Shown here in pieces: positions 32,656 to 42,611 of a stretch of DNA of 64,000 nt. The stretch spans positions 1 through 64,000 of IMG/VR virus record IMGVR_UViG_3300022468_000627; one strand, given 5' to 3'. The notes beneath the pieces are model-generated. The model saw nothing but the letters and a program-made list of their open reading frames with translations, did not search any database and was not told the origin of the DNA. The DNA comes from a virus. Each line of letters begins with the position of its first letter. Position 1 is the first letter of the stretch. The translations under genes were made by a program, and so were the position numbers.

Positions 32656-33254
32656 ACACCTCCCTTGAAAGAGCGAAACGGATTGATGTGGGTCGAAATG
32701 CCGACGCGGGAGCCCATCACCTCGGCGTTGCCGAGCTTCCAGCCCAGGTACAGGCGGACGTAGCGCGTGCTGGTGAAAAACAGCTGCGCCCGCAGCATGA
32801 AGGCCGAGCCGCCGCCCTTGGCGGTGTCGATGCGCAGCTGCCAGTTGGTCGCGCCGCTGTCCCACGAGCCCGAGCCCCAGGACCGGGTCGAGAACCCGAA
32901 CCCGCGCTCAAAGCCCAGGAGGTAGTAGCTCAGGCCATAGGCCGGGTTGCGGATGAGCCACCAGAAGCGCAGGCGGTACTGGGCCCAGCGCGAACCCGAT
33001 CGGGCTTTGTCGGCCAGGCCTGCTGGCGTCTTGGCGTCGTACTGCCCCGTGAACCAGCCGGCATCGACGCCATCGTCCCAGGTGCTGAACAGCTGCAGCC
33101 AGCCCCAGAGGTACTGGCGCGGGCCCGGCGCCACGCACCACCGGCTGCTGTCGCGCGTGACCGCGCACAGCGCCAGCAACGGGCTCAGCAGCCAGGTGAT
33201 GACGTTGAAAGCGAGCTGCAGGACGAACAGCAGCGGGTAGATCAGGAATCGCAC
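32652..33254 (-). CDS. Membrane protein of unknown function (200 aa)
   Basis: GTG start. N-terminal TM helices (FLIYPLLFVLQLAFNVITWLLSPLLALCAV) and a Trp-rich body. ATGA-coupled downstream. Confidence 0.5.
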   Translation of the reverse strand: MRFLIYPLLFVLQLAFNVITWLLSPLLALCAVTRDSSRWCVAPGPRQYLWGWLQLFSTWDDGVDAGWFTGQYDAKTPAGLADKARSGSRWAQYRLRFWWLIRNPAYGLSYYLLGFERGFGFSTRSWGSGSWDSGATNWQLRIDTAKGGGSAFMLRAQLFFTSTRYVRLYLGWKLGNAEVMGSRVGISTHINPFRSFKGGV

Positions 33255-33258
33255 ATCG

Positions 33259-33699
33259 TCAGGCGGCCTGTTGCCAGGGCGCCCCCAGGATGAATTGAAC
33301 AGTGTCCGCCAGCGTGCGGGGGCTGTAGGTCGTGGGGTTGGGCAGGCCCAGGGCCGCCGCGCACCATTCCGAGCAAAAGGCCGCGCCGGGCTCGTCGTCG
33401 GCGGTGTTGAGCACCTGAGACCGCAGCAGGTCGAACCAGCCGTAAGCCTGTCCCTGCGTCAGGGCGAAGTGCTGCAGGACGCGCAGCACCAGGTGGTCCG
33501 GCAGGACGATGAAGTCCCAGTGCTCAGGGTCCAACTCGACCAGCTTGCGGCGCACGCCGCCGTCACGCAGAGACGACGAATGGCACCAGCCGTCCACCAC
33601 CAGCTCGCAGTGGCTGTACTGCGAGCGCGTCCACCAACGGATGACGGCGTTGCCGACCAGACCCGGGGCCTTGTAGAGCGCGAGCTGTACGCGAGCCAT
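33259..33699 (-). CDS. Permuted papain-like (YiiX/C92 or NlpC/P60-like) hydrolase candidate
   Basis: YSHCELV ... AAFCSEWC places the His before the Cys, as in permuted papain-fold amidases (memory). Confidence 0.45.
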   Translation of the reverse strand: MARVQLALYKAPGLVGNAVIRWWTRSQYSHCELVVDGWCHSSSLRDGGVRRKLVELDPEHWDFIVLPDHLVLRVLQHFALTQGQAYGWFDLLRSQVLNTADDEPGAAFCSEWCAAALGLPNPTTYSPRTLADTVQFILGAPWQQAA

Positions 33700-33705
33700 A
33701 CACCA

Positions 33706-34182
33706 TCAGCTGAAATACAGCCGGCGCAGCGCCAGGTTCTCGGTCTCGGCCACGGGAGTGGTCAGGATCGCAGCCTGTAGCTCGGCGGTGACCGCCGACA
33801 CCTTGGTGCCGACGTAGGCAACTGACTGCGCCACCTCGGGCAGTTGCAGGTCGATCCACTTGCGGATCTGAGCGTCCTTGATGATCGCCTGCACGCCAGC
33901 GTCGGCGCTCGTGAGCACGGCCATCTTCGCGGTGCCGAAGCGATCGAAAAACGGGCCGATGTCGATGTACCAAGCCCAGGCGGGTGCCGGTGCGGGCGCG
34001 GCGGGCTCAGGCTCGGGCACGGCCGGTGCCACGAACTGCGTGCCATCCCAGCCCCAGCCGATACCCACGCCAGGCGCGGCCGGCTCGACGCGGTCCCACT
34101 GCCCGGCGATGGCGGCCGCAAAAGCCGCGTCGGCCACGATGACGTTCTCGACCTTGCCGGCCTTGATCAGTGCGATGTCCAT
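33706..34182 (-). CDS. Hypothetical protein (158 aa)
   Basis: MDIALIKAGKVENVIVAD... with a Pro/Ala linker. Lies in the fibre cluster. Confidence 0.5.
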   Translation of the reverse strand: MDIALIKAGKVENVIVADAAFAAAIAGQWDRVEPAAPGVGIGWGWDGTQFVAPAVPEPEPAAPAPAPAWAWYIDIGPFFDRFGTAKMAVLTSADAGVQAIIKDAQIRKWIDLQLPEVAQSVAYVGTKVSAVTAELQAAILTTPVAETENLALRRLYFS

Positions 34183-34191
34183 GATGCTCCC

Positions 34192-35031
34192 TTACTCGTA
34201 CCACCAGACGAGGCAGTAACCAGATCCGCCAGCGCCGCCGGCAGACGTGCCATTGGTGGTGCTCGACGCGCCTCCACCGCCGCCGCCGCCTTTGTTGGCG
34301 GCGCCTGCCATGCCGGCGGTGCTGCTGAAGCCGCTTGCGCCACCGCCAGCTGATGCGGGGACGCTGTACGTCGAGCCCTGTCCAGTTCCGCCTGCGCCGC
34401 CGCCGCAAAATCCGTCGATGCCAATGCCGGGGATGGACATTCGCGCCGTTTGATTGAATGCGTTGCCACCAGCGCCGCCACCGCCGCCGCCTACATAGGG
34501 ATTGGCGATAGTATTGGTAGCGTCGGTGTAGAAGTTCGGAATTGCACCGGCGCCTCCGAGGGAGCCCGCCCCGCCGAGCTGGTTGAAGCCGGAAAATCCG
34601 CTCCCGCCTCCGCAAGCACCATTTCCACCCGTGGTCGCCATACCTCCGCCACCGTAGCCACCGCCAGGGGATGTCAGGAGCGAACCGAAAGTCGATGCGC
34701 CACCGGCAGTTCCGTTTGCACCGGCCGTAGTGCTATTGAATGCGCCTCCGCTTCCACCTGCGCCAATGGTCACTGCCACCGGCCCGGTCACAGTGACTGG
34801 CTGCACCACAGGGAAACTGCCGCCCCCACCGCCGCCAGGACCGCCGTAGGTGCCAGTGCTTCCACCGCCACCACCACCGCAGCCGCCGCCGACCAGCCGG
34901 ACCCACACCTGCCCACCAGCCTTCAACAGCCCATCGCTCGGCACGAACGTGCCCGAGGCCAGGAACTCCTGGTAGCGCAGCTTGCCGCCGCCGCTACCGC
35001 CCACGTTGGGCACAAAAGGATTGTTGGCCAT
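34192..35031 (-). CDS. Glycine-rich tail-fibre-associated protein
   Basis: Long poly-Gly blocks (GGGCGGGGGGSTGTYGGPGGGGGG...) ending in GYCLVWWYE, typical of phage glycine-rich domain proteins. Confidence 0.65.
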   Translation of the reverse strand: MANNPFVPNVGGSGGGKLRYQEFLASGTFVPSDGLLKAGGQVWVRLVGGGCGGGGGGSTGTYGGPGGGGGGSFPVVQPVTVTGPVAVTIGAGGSGGAFNSTTAGANGTAGGASTFGSLLTSPGGGYGGGGMATTGGNGACGGGSGFSGFNQLGGAGSLGGAGAIPNFYTDATNTIANPYVGGGGGGAGGNAFNQTARMSIPGIGIDGFCGGGAGGTGQGSTYSVPASAGGGASGFSSTAGMAGAANKGGGGGGGASSTTNGTSAGGAGGSGYCLVWWYE

Positions 35032-35522
35032 TACGCGAAGTCCCCCCCACCCAGCATGTTGACGGCCAGCGCGCAGTTGGTGCCGCCGACGGCCGTCGCC
35101 AGGCCGGCATAGATGCGGTAGCCAGCGGGCACCGACAGCAGGCCGAAATCGAAGTCAGCGGGCTGCGTCAGCGCGGCCACGGCAGACATAGTGGCGGAAG
35201 GCACACTCACCTCGCCCAGCAGGATGTTGTTGGCCGCCGTGGTGTTGACGCTGCCGTTGTTGGCCCAGATGCGGATCACGGTGGCGTTGGTCGCGCCGGA
35301 TGGTGCCGCGCCGTTGGTGCCGGCGTAGCGCACGCGCAACTTGGGCAGCTGCGAGCCGGCAGCGCCGGCCGTGAAGATCAGCGCCATGGACGTGCCAACC
35401 GCCTCGGTGCCGTCGTAGGCCTTGGTGCTGGTCATGGCCGTGGAAAGCAGCGCGTTGAGCGCTGCGCCCGCGTTCAGCTGCGTGGGCGCCGGGCCCTGGT
35501 TGAAAACGGTGATTGCTGCCAT
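35031..35522 (-). CDS. Hypothetical virion protein (163 aa)
   Basis: Coupled (TAATG) to the downstream gene. A/T/G/N-rich beta-type composition. Confidence 0.55.
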   Translation of the reverse strand: MAAITVFNQGPAPTQLNAGAALNALLSTAMTSTKAYDGTEAVGTSMALIFTAGAAGSQLPKLRVRYAGTNGAAPSGATNATVIRIWANNGSVNTTAANNILLGEVSVPSATMSAVAALTQPADFDFGLLSVPAGYRIYAGLATAVGGTNCALAVNMLGGGDFA

Positions 35523-35531
35523 CGTGGCTCC

Positions 35532-36623
35532 TTATGCGTTCAGCGAATTGATGCCGCCCCAGGCCGAGGCGAAGGCCCGGCCGTCGGCCCAGGCGGTGAT
35601 GGTGGGCGGGCTGGCGGCGACCAGCGCCTGGCCGCTCGCCCGCATGTAGCTGGTGCACCGCCAGTTGCCCGAGCCCAGGCTCTCGAACACCGCCACGTCA
35701 CCCGCCTGGGTGACGATGTTGGCGCCCGTGGGCAGGATCAGCGACGTGGCGTTGTGGGTCAGCGTCAGCGAGCCCGCGAACGTGACCGTGCGCGATCCGC
35801 CATCGGGCACCGTGGAGCCGAACGACGTGATCGTGGTCGTGCCGGTGACGGTGATCAGGTTGGAACTGGCCGACCCGAGGCTTACCGTGGCAGCGCTGGC
35901 GATCGATCCACGGGGCGACCAGTTGAGCGCGCCGGTCATGGTGTCGCCGGTCTTGTTCACAGCCTGCGCGGCCGGGATGTAGAACCACTTGCGCACCACG
36001 AACGTGTCGCTGGTGATCGCGTCGGTGGCGGTCAGCGTGAACGACGTGCCGTTGGTGGCCGTGTAGTCGTCCCCGTTGCCGATCAGCATGACGCCGTTGC
36101 GCAGCACGTCGATCTGGCCGGGGTTGTAGCCGCCCGACACCGTGAACACGGTCTGGCCGTTGGAGGCCGGCGTGATCAGCACGTCGGCCCAGGCCGGCAG
36201 GCCGGACCCGCCGCCCGAGGACGCCACCGACAGCATGCCGTCCACGTCCACCACCAGGCCCGAGCCTACCTTGATGCCGCCCAGGCGGATCGCCGTGGCG
36301 GGCAGGTTGGACAGCTTGCCGGCCAGTGCGGTGGTCACGGTGGCTGCAAAGCTGGCGTCGTCGTTGATGGCGTCGGCCAGCTCCTTGAGCGTGTCCAGCG
36401 CGCCCGGGGCGCCGCCCACCAAGGAGGTGATGGCGGCGTTGACGGCGGCCGTCACGGCGGTGCTGTCAGCCTTGTTCGCCAGCGTGCCCTGCACGGTGTA
36501 GATCAGCGTGTCGATCAGCGCGAAGGCATCCCGGAACCGGCTGACGTCGGCGGTCTGGATGTTCGCTGCATTGGGCAGCGGGATGGAAAGATGCGACGTG
36601 CGGTCGTCAATAACAGCGGTCAT
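35532..36623 (-). CDS. Tail fibre protein
   Basis: N-terminal HLSIPLPNAANIQTADVSRFRDAFALID and GAPGALDTLKELADAIN motifs, common in phage fibres. Confidence 0.7.
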   Translation of the reverse strand: MTAVIDDRTSHLSIPLPNAANIQTADVSRFRDAFALIDTLIYTVQGTLANKADSTAVTAAVNAAITSLVGGAPGALDTLKELADAINDDASFAATVTTALAGKLSNLPATAIRLGGIKVGSGLVVDVDGMLSVASSGGGSGLPAWADVLITPASNGQTVFTVSGGYNPGQIDVLRNGVMLIGNGDDYTATNGTSFTLTATDAITSDTFVVRKWFYIPAAQAVNKTGDTMTGALNWSPRGSIASAATVSLGSASSNLITVTGTTTITSFGSTVPDGGSRTVTFAGSLTLTHNATSLILPTGANIVTQAGDVAVFESLGSGNWRCTSYMRASGQALVAASPPTITAWADGRAFASAWGGINSLNA

Positions 36624-36631
36624 TCAATGCC

Positions 36632-37861
36632 TCACAGAGTAAGCAGTCGCAGATCCCGGACACGCGGGCGCACGGCCACGCCGCCCGTGGTCAGGTGCAG
36701 CTTGCAGCGCACGCGGGCCTCGGTGACGGCGGTCTTCTGGAACTGGTACTCGTAGAGGCCCAGATCGCCGTCGATGAGCTTGGGCGTGCCGATCTGGGTC
36801 ATGGTCAGGTCGCTGTCGCCAACATCCACGCCAGACACCGTGGGCACTACATTGGCGCCGCTCGGGATGATGGCCGAGAAAATCACCTTGGCCGTGCAGC
36901 CGGTCGCGTCGGCGTCGATGGCGGCCGAAATGTAGTCGTCGCTGGCGTGCACGACGCCCTGCACGATTTGGGTGCCAGGGTGCAGCGTGGCCGAGTTGTT
37001 GGCGTTGGAGCGCAGCCGGGCCTTGACGCCGACCGTGCCGGTGGTGGCGGCGCTGAACGCGATGCGCTGGTTGTCGCCGGCCTTCACCACGGTGCCGTCA
37101 GGCAGCGTGATCTCCAGCTCGCCGGTGGCGGCGCTGTGCGGCGACTCGATCATGGCGAGGGTCAGCAGCTCGGTCGCGCCGGTGATGCTGACGGTGCCAA
37201 GGTCGATCAGGCGCTCGGACTCGGTGTACTGGCGGGCCACGAGGCGGAACGCCAGGTCGCGGTCCTGGTACGCGGTCCAGGTGCTGGCGTTGGACGAGGA
37301 CAGCAGCACGCCCACGGTGTAGGGCTGGCTGGTGATCCACTGCTGGGCAGCGGCGTCGAACTTGCCCAGCTCGGCCACGGCCAGCTCGCTCACGGCGTCG
37401 TTGCAGAGCACCACAATGGCGTATTCGGTGCCGGCCTCCAGGCGGGCTGGCGACGAGAACGCGAAGTTGGTCCACTGGTCGGCGGTGATGCTGCTGGCGG
37501 CCCGGCGGCTGTCGGCCACGATGGTCTGGGTCGGGTAGCCCACCTGGGTCTCGCGGATCTGCACCGACACGGCCGTGGAGCCCACGGCGGTGAACCACAG
37601 ATCGACGCCCTCCAGCTGGATGGCCTCGGTGAGCGTGAAGGTCTGCGCGATAGGGTCCACGCTCTGCTGCCAGCGCGTGGTGGTGATCTGTTGCACCAGG
37701 GTGCGGATGTCTTCAATCAGCGTGCCCTGGCCAATGAAACTGGCCGTGGCCTGGCTGCCGCCCTGGCCGGTGAACGACACCTGCTTGGTGCCGGCCGGCA
37801 CGTTGGCCGGGATCGTAAATTTCCCGAGAACGACACCGTTCGAGTCAGCGGTAACGGTCAT
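36632..37861 (-). CDS. Hypothetical tail/baseplate structural protein (409 aa)
   Basis: Position in the late operon and beta-rich composition. Confidence 0.6.
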   Translation of the reverse strand: MTVTADSNGVVLGKFTIPANVPAGTKQVSFTGQGGSQATASFIGQGTLIEDIRTLVQQITTTRWQQSVDPIAQTFTLTEAIQLEGVDLWFTAVGSTAVSVQIRETQVGYPTQTIVADSRRAASSITADQWTNFAFSSPARLEAGTEYAIVVLCNDAVSELAVAELGKFDAAAQQWITSQPYTVGVLLSSSNASTWTAYQDRDLAFRLVARQYTESERLIDLGTVSITGATELLTLAMIESPHSAATGELEITLPDGTVVKAGDNQRIAFSAATTGTVGVKARLRSNANNSATLHPGTQIVQGVVHASDDYISAAIDADATGCTAKVIFSAIIPSGANVVPTVSGVDVGDSDLTMTQIGTPKLIDGDLGLYEYQFQKTAVTEARVRCKLHLTTGGVAVRPRVRDLRLLTL

Positions 37862-37875
37862 TGGTGCTCCAAAAA

Positions 37876-39804
37876 TCAGGGCGCGGTCGGCGTCACGGCC
37901 AGGCCGTCAAACGTCACCGAAGTCAGGTTTTCGCCAGGGCCGAAGCCTTCGAGGCGGAAATGCACCTCGATCTGGCGCAGGTACTCCAGCGTCTTGGTGA
38001 GCTGCACCGACTGGATGGACTGGGTCGTGTTCTCGACCGACATGTTCCCCCAGCCCTCGGTGAAGCGCAGCACGATGGGGCTGGTCCAGATGACGTTGGT
38101 GTCGGTCCAGCGGTCGATGGCGGGCGTCAGCGTGGCCTTGGCGGGCAGCGGCGAAAACGCCAGGTAGGCGTTGATCTTCATGCTGCCCGTGCGGCGCTCC
38201 TGAGCCAGCGCCACGCGCGACGTGAAAGCGCAGGTCTCCGGGCTGGTTACGTCGGCGGTCGGCGTCTTGACCGTGGCGTCGATGCCCATGGTCAGCTCGC
38301 CGTGCGAGATGGCGGCGTACTGGGTCAGGCCCTGGTCGCGTAGGCCATCGGACAGGAACGGGTCGACAAACAGCCCCTTCTTGGCGGCGGCGTCGCGCTG
38401 GGATGCGTCGGCTTTCAGCTTCTGCTCGCTCACCATCAGGATGACGGTGTTCAGGCGGTTGTTGATCGCCTCGATGTCCTGCATGGGCACGACGCGCACG
38501 CCGTCGTTGATGACGTAGCTGGAGGCCGTCCAGGTCTGCACCACCTGGGCCAGCGGCAGCAGGTTGTTGGGCACGCTGGGTCGCACCGGGTTGTAGTCGG
38601 TGCTGGTGCCCTCGACCCACACGAATTCGCCGTCCTCGTTCAGGCACAGGCGGTCGATGCGCGGCAGCTTGGTGTAGTAGCTGGTCTGGATCAGGGTGCC
38701 CACCACGGCGCCGGTCACGATGAACCCGTTGTCGTCAACCGCAGTCGGAGTGACCGACATGATGTGATCGTAGGTGACGTCGTAGGACTGGCCGGGCGCC
38801 GGCTCGGCGCCGGTCAGCGACCAGTCCACCTTGCCGGCGGTCAGCTGGTAGTCGGTGCCCTGAACGTAGGTGGTCGCGCCCTGCACCACGGACACGATTG
38901 CGACCACGGACGTGTCAGGCAGCGGATCCTGGGCGCCCGTGGTGGTGCCGTGGTTTAGCGTGGCCGTGGTGCGCTTGGTGATGCGCACCTGAGTGATGTT
39001 GGCGATCGGCGGCCGCGCCACATCCACACGGAAAGCGCCGGCAGAGCCCGAGTTTTTGGGCTCGCTGTCGATGAACCGGGTCACCGGCACGGCGTTGCGC
39101 GCCAGCCGGCGGCTGGTGGTCACGTCGATGCCGAACCCGTTCACGCGGGCACGGCCGTTGCCGACCGAGAACACCTGGTAGCCGTCCACGCGGTCAGCCA
39201 GGCGGGTGACGCCCAGGCCGCTCACAACGTAGCTGCCGCCGGCGCTGTCGCGGTCATAGCGCGCCAGGGCTTGGGTCACGCCGTCCAACTGGGGCGGGGC
39301 CTCCTTGGCGTTCACGATGCCGTCGGTGACGGTGTAGACCGGGAAGAACTCGCCGACCTGGTCGTCGCCACTCCAGGCCCACACGGGCACGACTTTGTAG
39401 CGCTCGGCGCCCTGGCGGTTGTAGGCGCGCGACTCGACGGCAGGGTCGAGCAGCGTCGGGTCTTCCACCGAGGTGACGATGGTCGTCTGCAGGCGCAGGC
39501 CGACCGCGATGGTGCCGACGATCGGCACGGTGATGGTGGCCGGGGCCACGCCGCGCACGTTGCCGTTCAGGTAGACGGCGCCGGCCTCGCAGGTGGTCAC
39601 GCCGGTGTCGGGGTCCACCACAATGCCGGCATCGCGGATGACACCGCCGTCCTTGAGCATGGCGTCGGCCACACCCTTGAGGGCGTAGGCGGCGCGCGAT
39701 TGCATCTCGTCGAGCTCAGCAGACTGCAGCGGCCGGTTCGGAATGAACCGGTGCGACTCATAGTTCTTGGCCGGGTCGAACCGGTTGTAGGAATTGGTGG
39801 TCAT
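37876..39804 (-). CDS. DUF4815-like baseplate/tail structural protein (642 aa)
   Basis: N-terminal NRFDPAKNYESHRFIPNRPLQSAELDEMQS recalls DUF4815 proteins (memory). Confidence 0.6.
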   Translation of the reverse strand: MTTNSYNRFDPAKNYESHRFIPNRPLQSAELDEMQSRAAYALKGVADAMLKDGGVIRDAGIVVDPDTGVTTCEAGAVYLNGNVRGVAPATITVPIVGTIAVGLRLQTTIVTSVEDPTLLDPAVESRAYNRQGAERYKVVPVWAWSGDDQVGEFFPVYTVTDGIVNAKEAPPQLDGVTQALARYDRDSAGGSYVVSGLGVTRLADRVDGYQVFSVGNGRARVNGFGIDVTTSRRLARNAVPVTRFIDSEPKNSGSAGAFRVDVARPPIANITQVRITKRTTATLNHGTTTGAQDPLPDTSVVAIVSVVQGATTYVQGTDYQLTAGKVDWSLTGAEPAPGQSYDVTYDHIMSVTPTAVDDNGFIVTGAVVGTLIQTSYYTKLPRIDRLCLNEDGEFVWVEGTSTDYNPVRPSVPNNLLPLAQVVQTWTASSYVINDGVRVVPMQDIEAINNRLNTVILMVSEQKLKADASQRDAAAKKGLFVDPFLSDGLRDQGLTQYAAISHGELTMGIDATVKTPTADVTSPETCAFTSRVALAQERRTGSMKINAYLAFSPLPAKATLTPAIDRWTDTNVIWTSPIVLRFTEGWGNMSVENTTQSIQSVQLTKTLEYLRQIEVHFRLEGFGPGENLTSVTFDGLAVTPTAP

Positions 39805-39811
39805 GGTCGCC

Positions 39812-40297
39812 TTAGAAGCTGATGACGGCCTCGAAATTTTCTTGGATGGCCGGGCTGCGGAAGATCGGCGTGATGTGCTCGACGTAGAGCATGATGCCGG
39901 GGTCCGTGACCTGGCCTGGCGTGAAATACTGCGTCCCAGGCGGCAGGCCGGTCTGCACCACGGTGTCCGAGAACACGGCGATCTCGCGGATGACCGAGCT
40001 GGAGGCTTCGCCGAAGTCGAAATTGCCCTGCACCCAGATGTGCCGGGTCTTGGCGTTGCCCGGCGACAGGCTGAACTTGCCGGTCGCTACGTCGATGTCG
40101 CCGGCGTCGTCAGGAACCACGTAGGCCCATTGCGTGGCCGTGCGGCGGCCCAGCTCGTTCATGAGCGCGCTGGCTTCCGGGTCCTCGGCAGTCGGCGTGG
40201 TCCAGGCGCCGTCCCCGGTGCCCCACGCGAAATGCAGCGGCCGTTTCGTGATCGCGTTGGCGATCGCCTTGCGGCCAGAACTGGGAAGGATTGCCAT
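39812..40297 (-). CDS. Hypothetical virion protein (161 aa)
   Basis: AGAGG SD. Preceded by a junction-motif copy 18 nt upstream. Confidence 0.6.
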   Translation of the reverse strand: MAILPSSGRKAIANAITKRPLHFAWGTGDGAWTTPTAEDPEASALMNELGRRTATQWAYVVPDDAGDIDVATGKFSLSPGNAKTRHIWVQGNFDFGEASSSVIREIAVFSDTVVQTGLPPGTQYFTPGQVTDPGIMLYVEHITPIFRSPAIQENFEAVISF

Positions 40298-40314
40298 GTT
40301 GTACCTCTGAAATT

Positions 40315-40332
40315 GATTGTGCCGTCACGACG
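40315..40332 (-). promoter_or_regulatory. Junction motif copy (CGTCGTGAC-GG-CACAATC)
   Basis: Lies 18 nt (including the AGAGG SD) before ATG 40297. The TGA within the motif is the upstream stop. Confidence 0.55.
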
Positions 40333-41518
40333 ACGTGCGGGAATGGCGGGTGCCGATGAGCGTGCTGGTGGTCCAGGCCACGCCCTGCCACGGCGTCTCA
40401 GACCACGGCTGGCCGGCGTACTCGACGCCCATCTTGAAAACGCGGTAGCTGCGCCAGTATTTGGTCGTCACCAGGTAGGTGAGCTGGCTCCAGGGCAGGC
40501 TCTGCCACGGGTGGGAAGGCCACGTGATCGTGCCCATGGCGGCGCCGCCGCGGTGTAGGACGCGCCGACGGTGCCGCATGGGGTAGTTGGGCACCGAGAC
40601 TTCCTCGATGAGCGCGTTGTCGAGCAGCGCCAAGTCCTCGTTGCGGACGTTGGCCACGTGCCGCCGCTTGATCGCCATGCCGACCGTCGAGTCGTTGGGC
40701 ACGACCAGGCCGCCGCTGTACTTGACCTGGGGCGGCAGCATGAGCACGCCGGCCGGCTTGTTGCGCAGCACGATCGGCAGCACGTCCGACCAGTCGATAG
40801 GGGTGCGCGAGAAGGGCTGGATGTAGAACGGCCCGACAAAGTCCTCGTCCTGCAGCTTGTCGGGCCCGTCGAGGTCGGATTGGTCCAGCGTGAACACATC
40901 CTGCCAAGGCTCCAGGATCTGCACGTCCTTGCCGGTGATGTCCTTGATCGCGGCCTCGATGGCGCGCGGGTTCACGCGGATGCGGAAGGCTTCTTTCGGG
41001 ATGCGCAGGCGGTACGCGGGGTCCAGCTCGCCATCCAGGCGCGGCACCGAGTAGAGCGCACCCCACAGGTCCAGCCACTCACCCTCGGCGGTGGTGATGA
41101 CCATCTGCAGCAGCGCCTGGCGCACCTCGTAGCTGGCGTGGTCGACCTCGCGGGTGAACGCTGAAATGAGCACCCACAGCAGGCTCGTGAAGGCCTTCAC
41201 GTGGTCGCCGTTGCTGGTGTTCTGGTCGCCAGCGCCCTCCACCAGCACCAGAGCCGACTTGTGGTCGAACTGAGCCGACACATGCTGCACGTCGAAGCCG
41301 TCGGCGCGCAGCGCCCCGATCAACGCGGCCACCGTGTAGGCGGTCAGGTCGTAGGTGTGCTCGGCCGCGCCAGCCGTGGCGGTGAGCGCGCCCGACGCAA
41401 TGGCCCAGGTGGCGCCATCGGCGTGCCGCAGGCGAAACACCAGCTCGGCCGCCGGGTCCTTGTCGAACACCGCGGCATGCGGGTACTTGAGCAGGCGCTG
41501 CAGGGTGGTCGCGGTCAT
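40325..41518 (-). CDS. Baseplate protein (P2 gpI-like position), 397 aa
   Basis: Trimmed to ATG 41518 (MTATTLQRLLKYPH...). ATGA-coupled to the J-like gene. Confidence 0.55.
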   Translation of the reverse strand: MTATTLQRLLKYPHAAVFDKDPAAELVFRLRHADGATWAIASGALTATAGAAEHTYDLTAYTVAALIGALRADGFDVQHVSAQFDHKSALVLVEGAGDQNTSNGDHVKAFTSLLWVLISAFTREVDHASYEVRQALLQMVITTAEGEWLDLWGALYSVPRLDGELDPAYRLRIPKEAFRIRVNPRAIEAAIKDITGKDVQILEPWQDVFTLDQSDLDGPDKLQDEDFVGPFYIQPFSRTPIDWSDVLPIVLRNKPAGVLMLPPQVKYSGGLVVPNDSTVGMAIKRRHVANVRNEDLALLDNALIEEVSVPNYPMRHRRRVLHRGGAAMGTITWPSHPWQSLPWSQLTYLVTTKYWRSYRVFKMGVEYAGQPWSETPWQGVAWTTSTLIGTRHSRTSS

Positions 41519-42603
41519 AGGGCGGTGATGGTCAGCGCGCCAGGCACCAGGGCCTCGGACACGTCGCAGGCGATGTTCTCGTTGCTGTTGGGCACGATGA
41601 CGCGCACGCCATCGACGGCGAGCATTTCCTCGACCAGCTCCTTGAGGTAGAGCGTGGTGCCGGGCTGCACCGCCCGGATGGCCGTGGCGAAGCGGTCGGC
41701 GATGCTCTGCTGCACCGCCGTGGTTAGCTCGTAGTCGGGGAACATGCCGACCTGCACAGCCAGCGGGATCGCGCGCTCGACCATGCCCAGCGCCTCGACA
41801 CGCACGCCTGCCGGGCGGAAGCCTGGCACGATGGTGCCGCCGGCGTCGGTGTAGCCGTCCAGCGCCTGCTGGGCCCGGGCCACCAAGGCATCCGTCGCGA
41901 GGCCCTTGCTGGAGTAGAGCCAGAACCGCACGTAGCCGCGCTCCTCCAGCACGCCCACGCGGGTGACGTACTCGTCGATGTTGCCGTCGGCGTCCGGCAG
42001 GCTGGTCCACTTCACCGCGTAGCGGCAGGCCTCCAGCGTTCCGCGCGACAGCGAGCGGACGAACTCAGCGAACCGGGCCTCGCGCTCGGCATCGCTCTCC
42101 AGGTCGCGCCCGGAGGTGATCGCAGAGTTGCTGACCACGTAGCCGGCGCCCGGCAGCGCGGTGGTGTTGATTCCGCCAGCCGCCACGTTGCCGGCGGCGC
42201 CAACATCGGCGGCCTGCACCGGGATGCGGACCACGGGCACGCCGATGGCCCAGATCAGCGCCTCGGTGGAGTTGTAGACCCGCCCGTCAGACGTGGCGAA
42301 GGCCGTGCCCAGCGGGATGGTGATCGCCTCGGTTGGCGCCGGCGTGAGGGAGATGCTGACGAAGCCATGGGCCCGGGCGGGCTGCAGGCGGTCGAAGCCG
42401 AAGGACTTGAAGGTGGCCACCGGGATCGCGTCGCGCAGCCCCAGCATCATCTGCAGGTACAGCTCCTCGATTTCGATGGCAGGCGCCTCCATGAGCGTCC
42501 GCGCCACGCTGCCCGGCTGGTAGTCGGTGATCTTGTCAGTGACGCCCCGGGCGTGGTTGAGCAGCCCGGCGGTGATCGACACGAAGTCTTTGATCTGAAA
42601 CAT
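41515..42603 (-). CDS. Baseplate J-like protein
   Basis: Trimmed to ATG 42603, which has an AAGGA SD. MFQIKDFVSITAGLLNHARGVTDKITDYQPGSVARTLMEAPAIEIEELY is typical of the gpJ/gp47 family. Confidence 0.75.
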   Translation of the reverse strand: MFQIKDFVSITAGLLNHARGVTDKITDYQPGSVARTLMEAPAIEIEELYLQMMLGLRDAIPVATFKSFGFDRLQPARAHGFVSISLTPAPTEAITIPLGTAFATSDGRVYNSTEALIWAIGVPVVRIPVQAADVGAAGNVAAGGINTTALPGAGYVVSNSAITSGRDLESDAEREARFAEFVRSLSRGTLEACRYAVKWTSLPDADGNIDEYVTRVGVLEERGYVRFWLYSSKGLATDALVARAQQALDGYTDAGGTIVPGFRPAGVRVEALGMVERAIPLAVQVGMFPDYELTTAVQQSIADRFATAIRAVQPGTTLYLKELVEEMLAVDGVRVIVPNSNENIACDVSEALVPGALTITAL

Positions 42604-42611
42604 GAGGGTCC

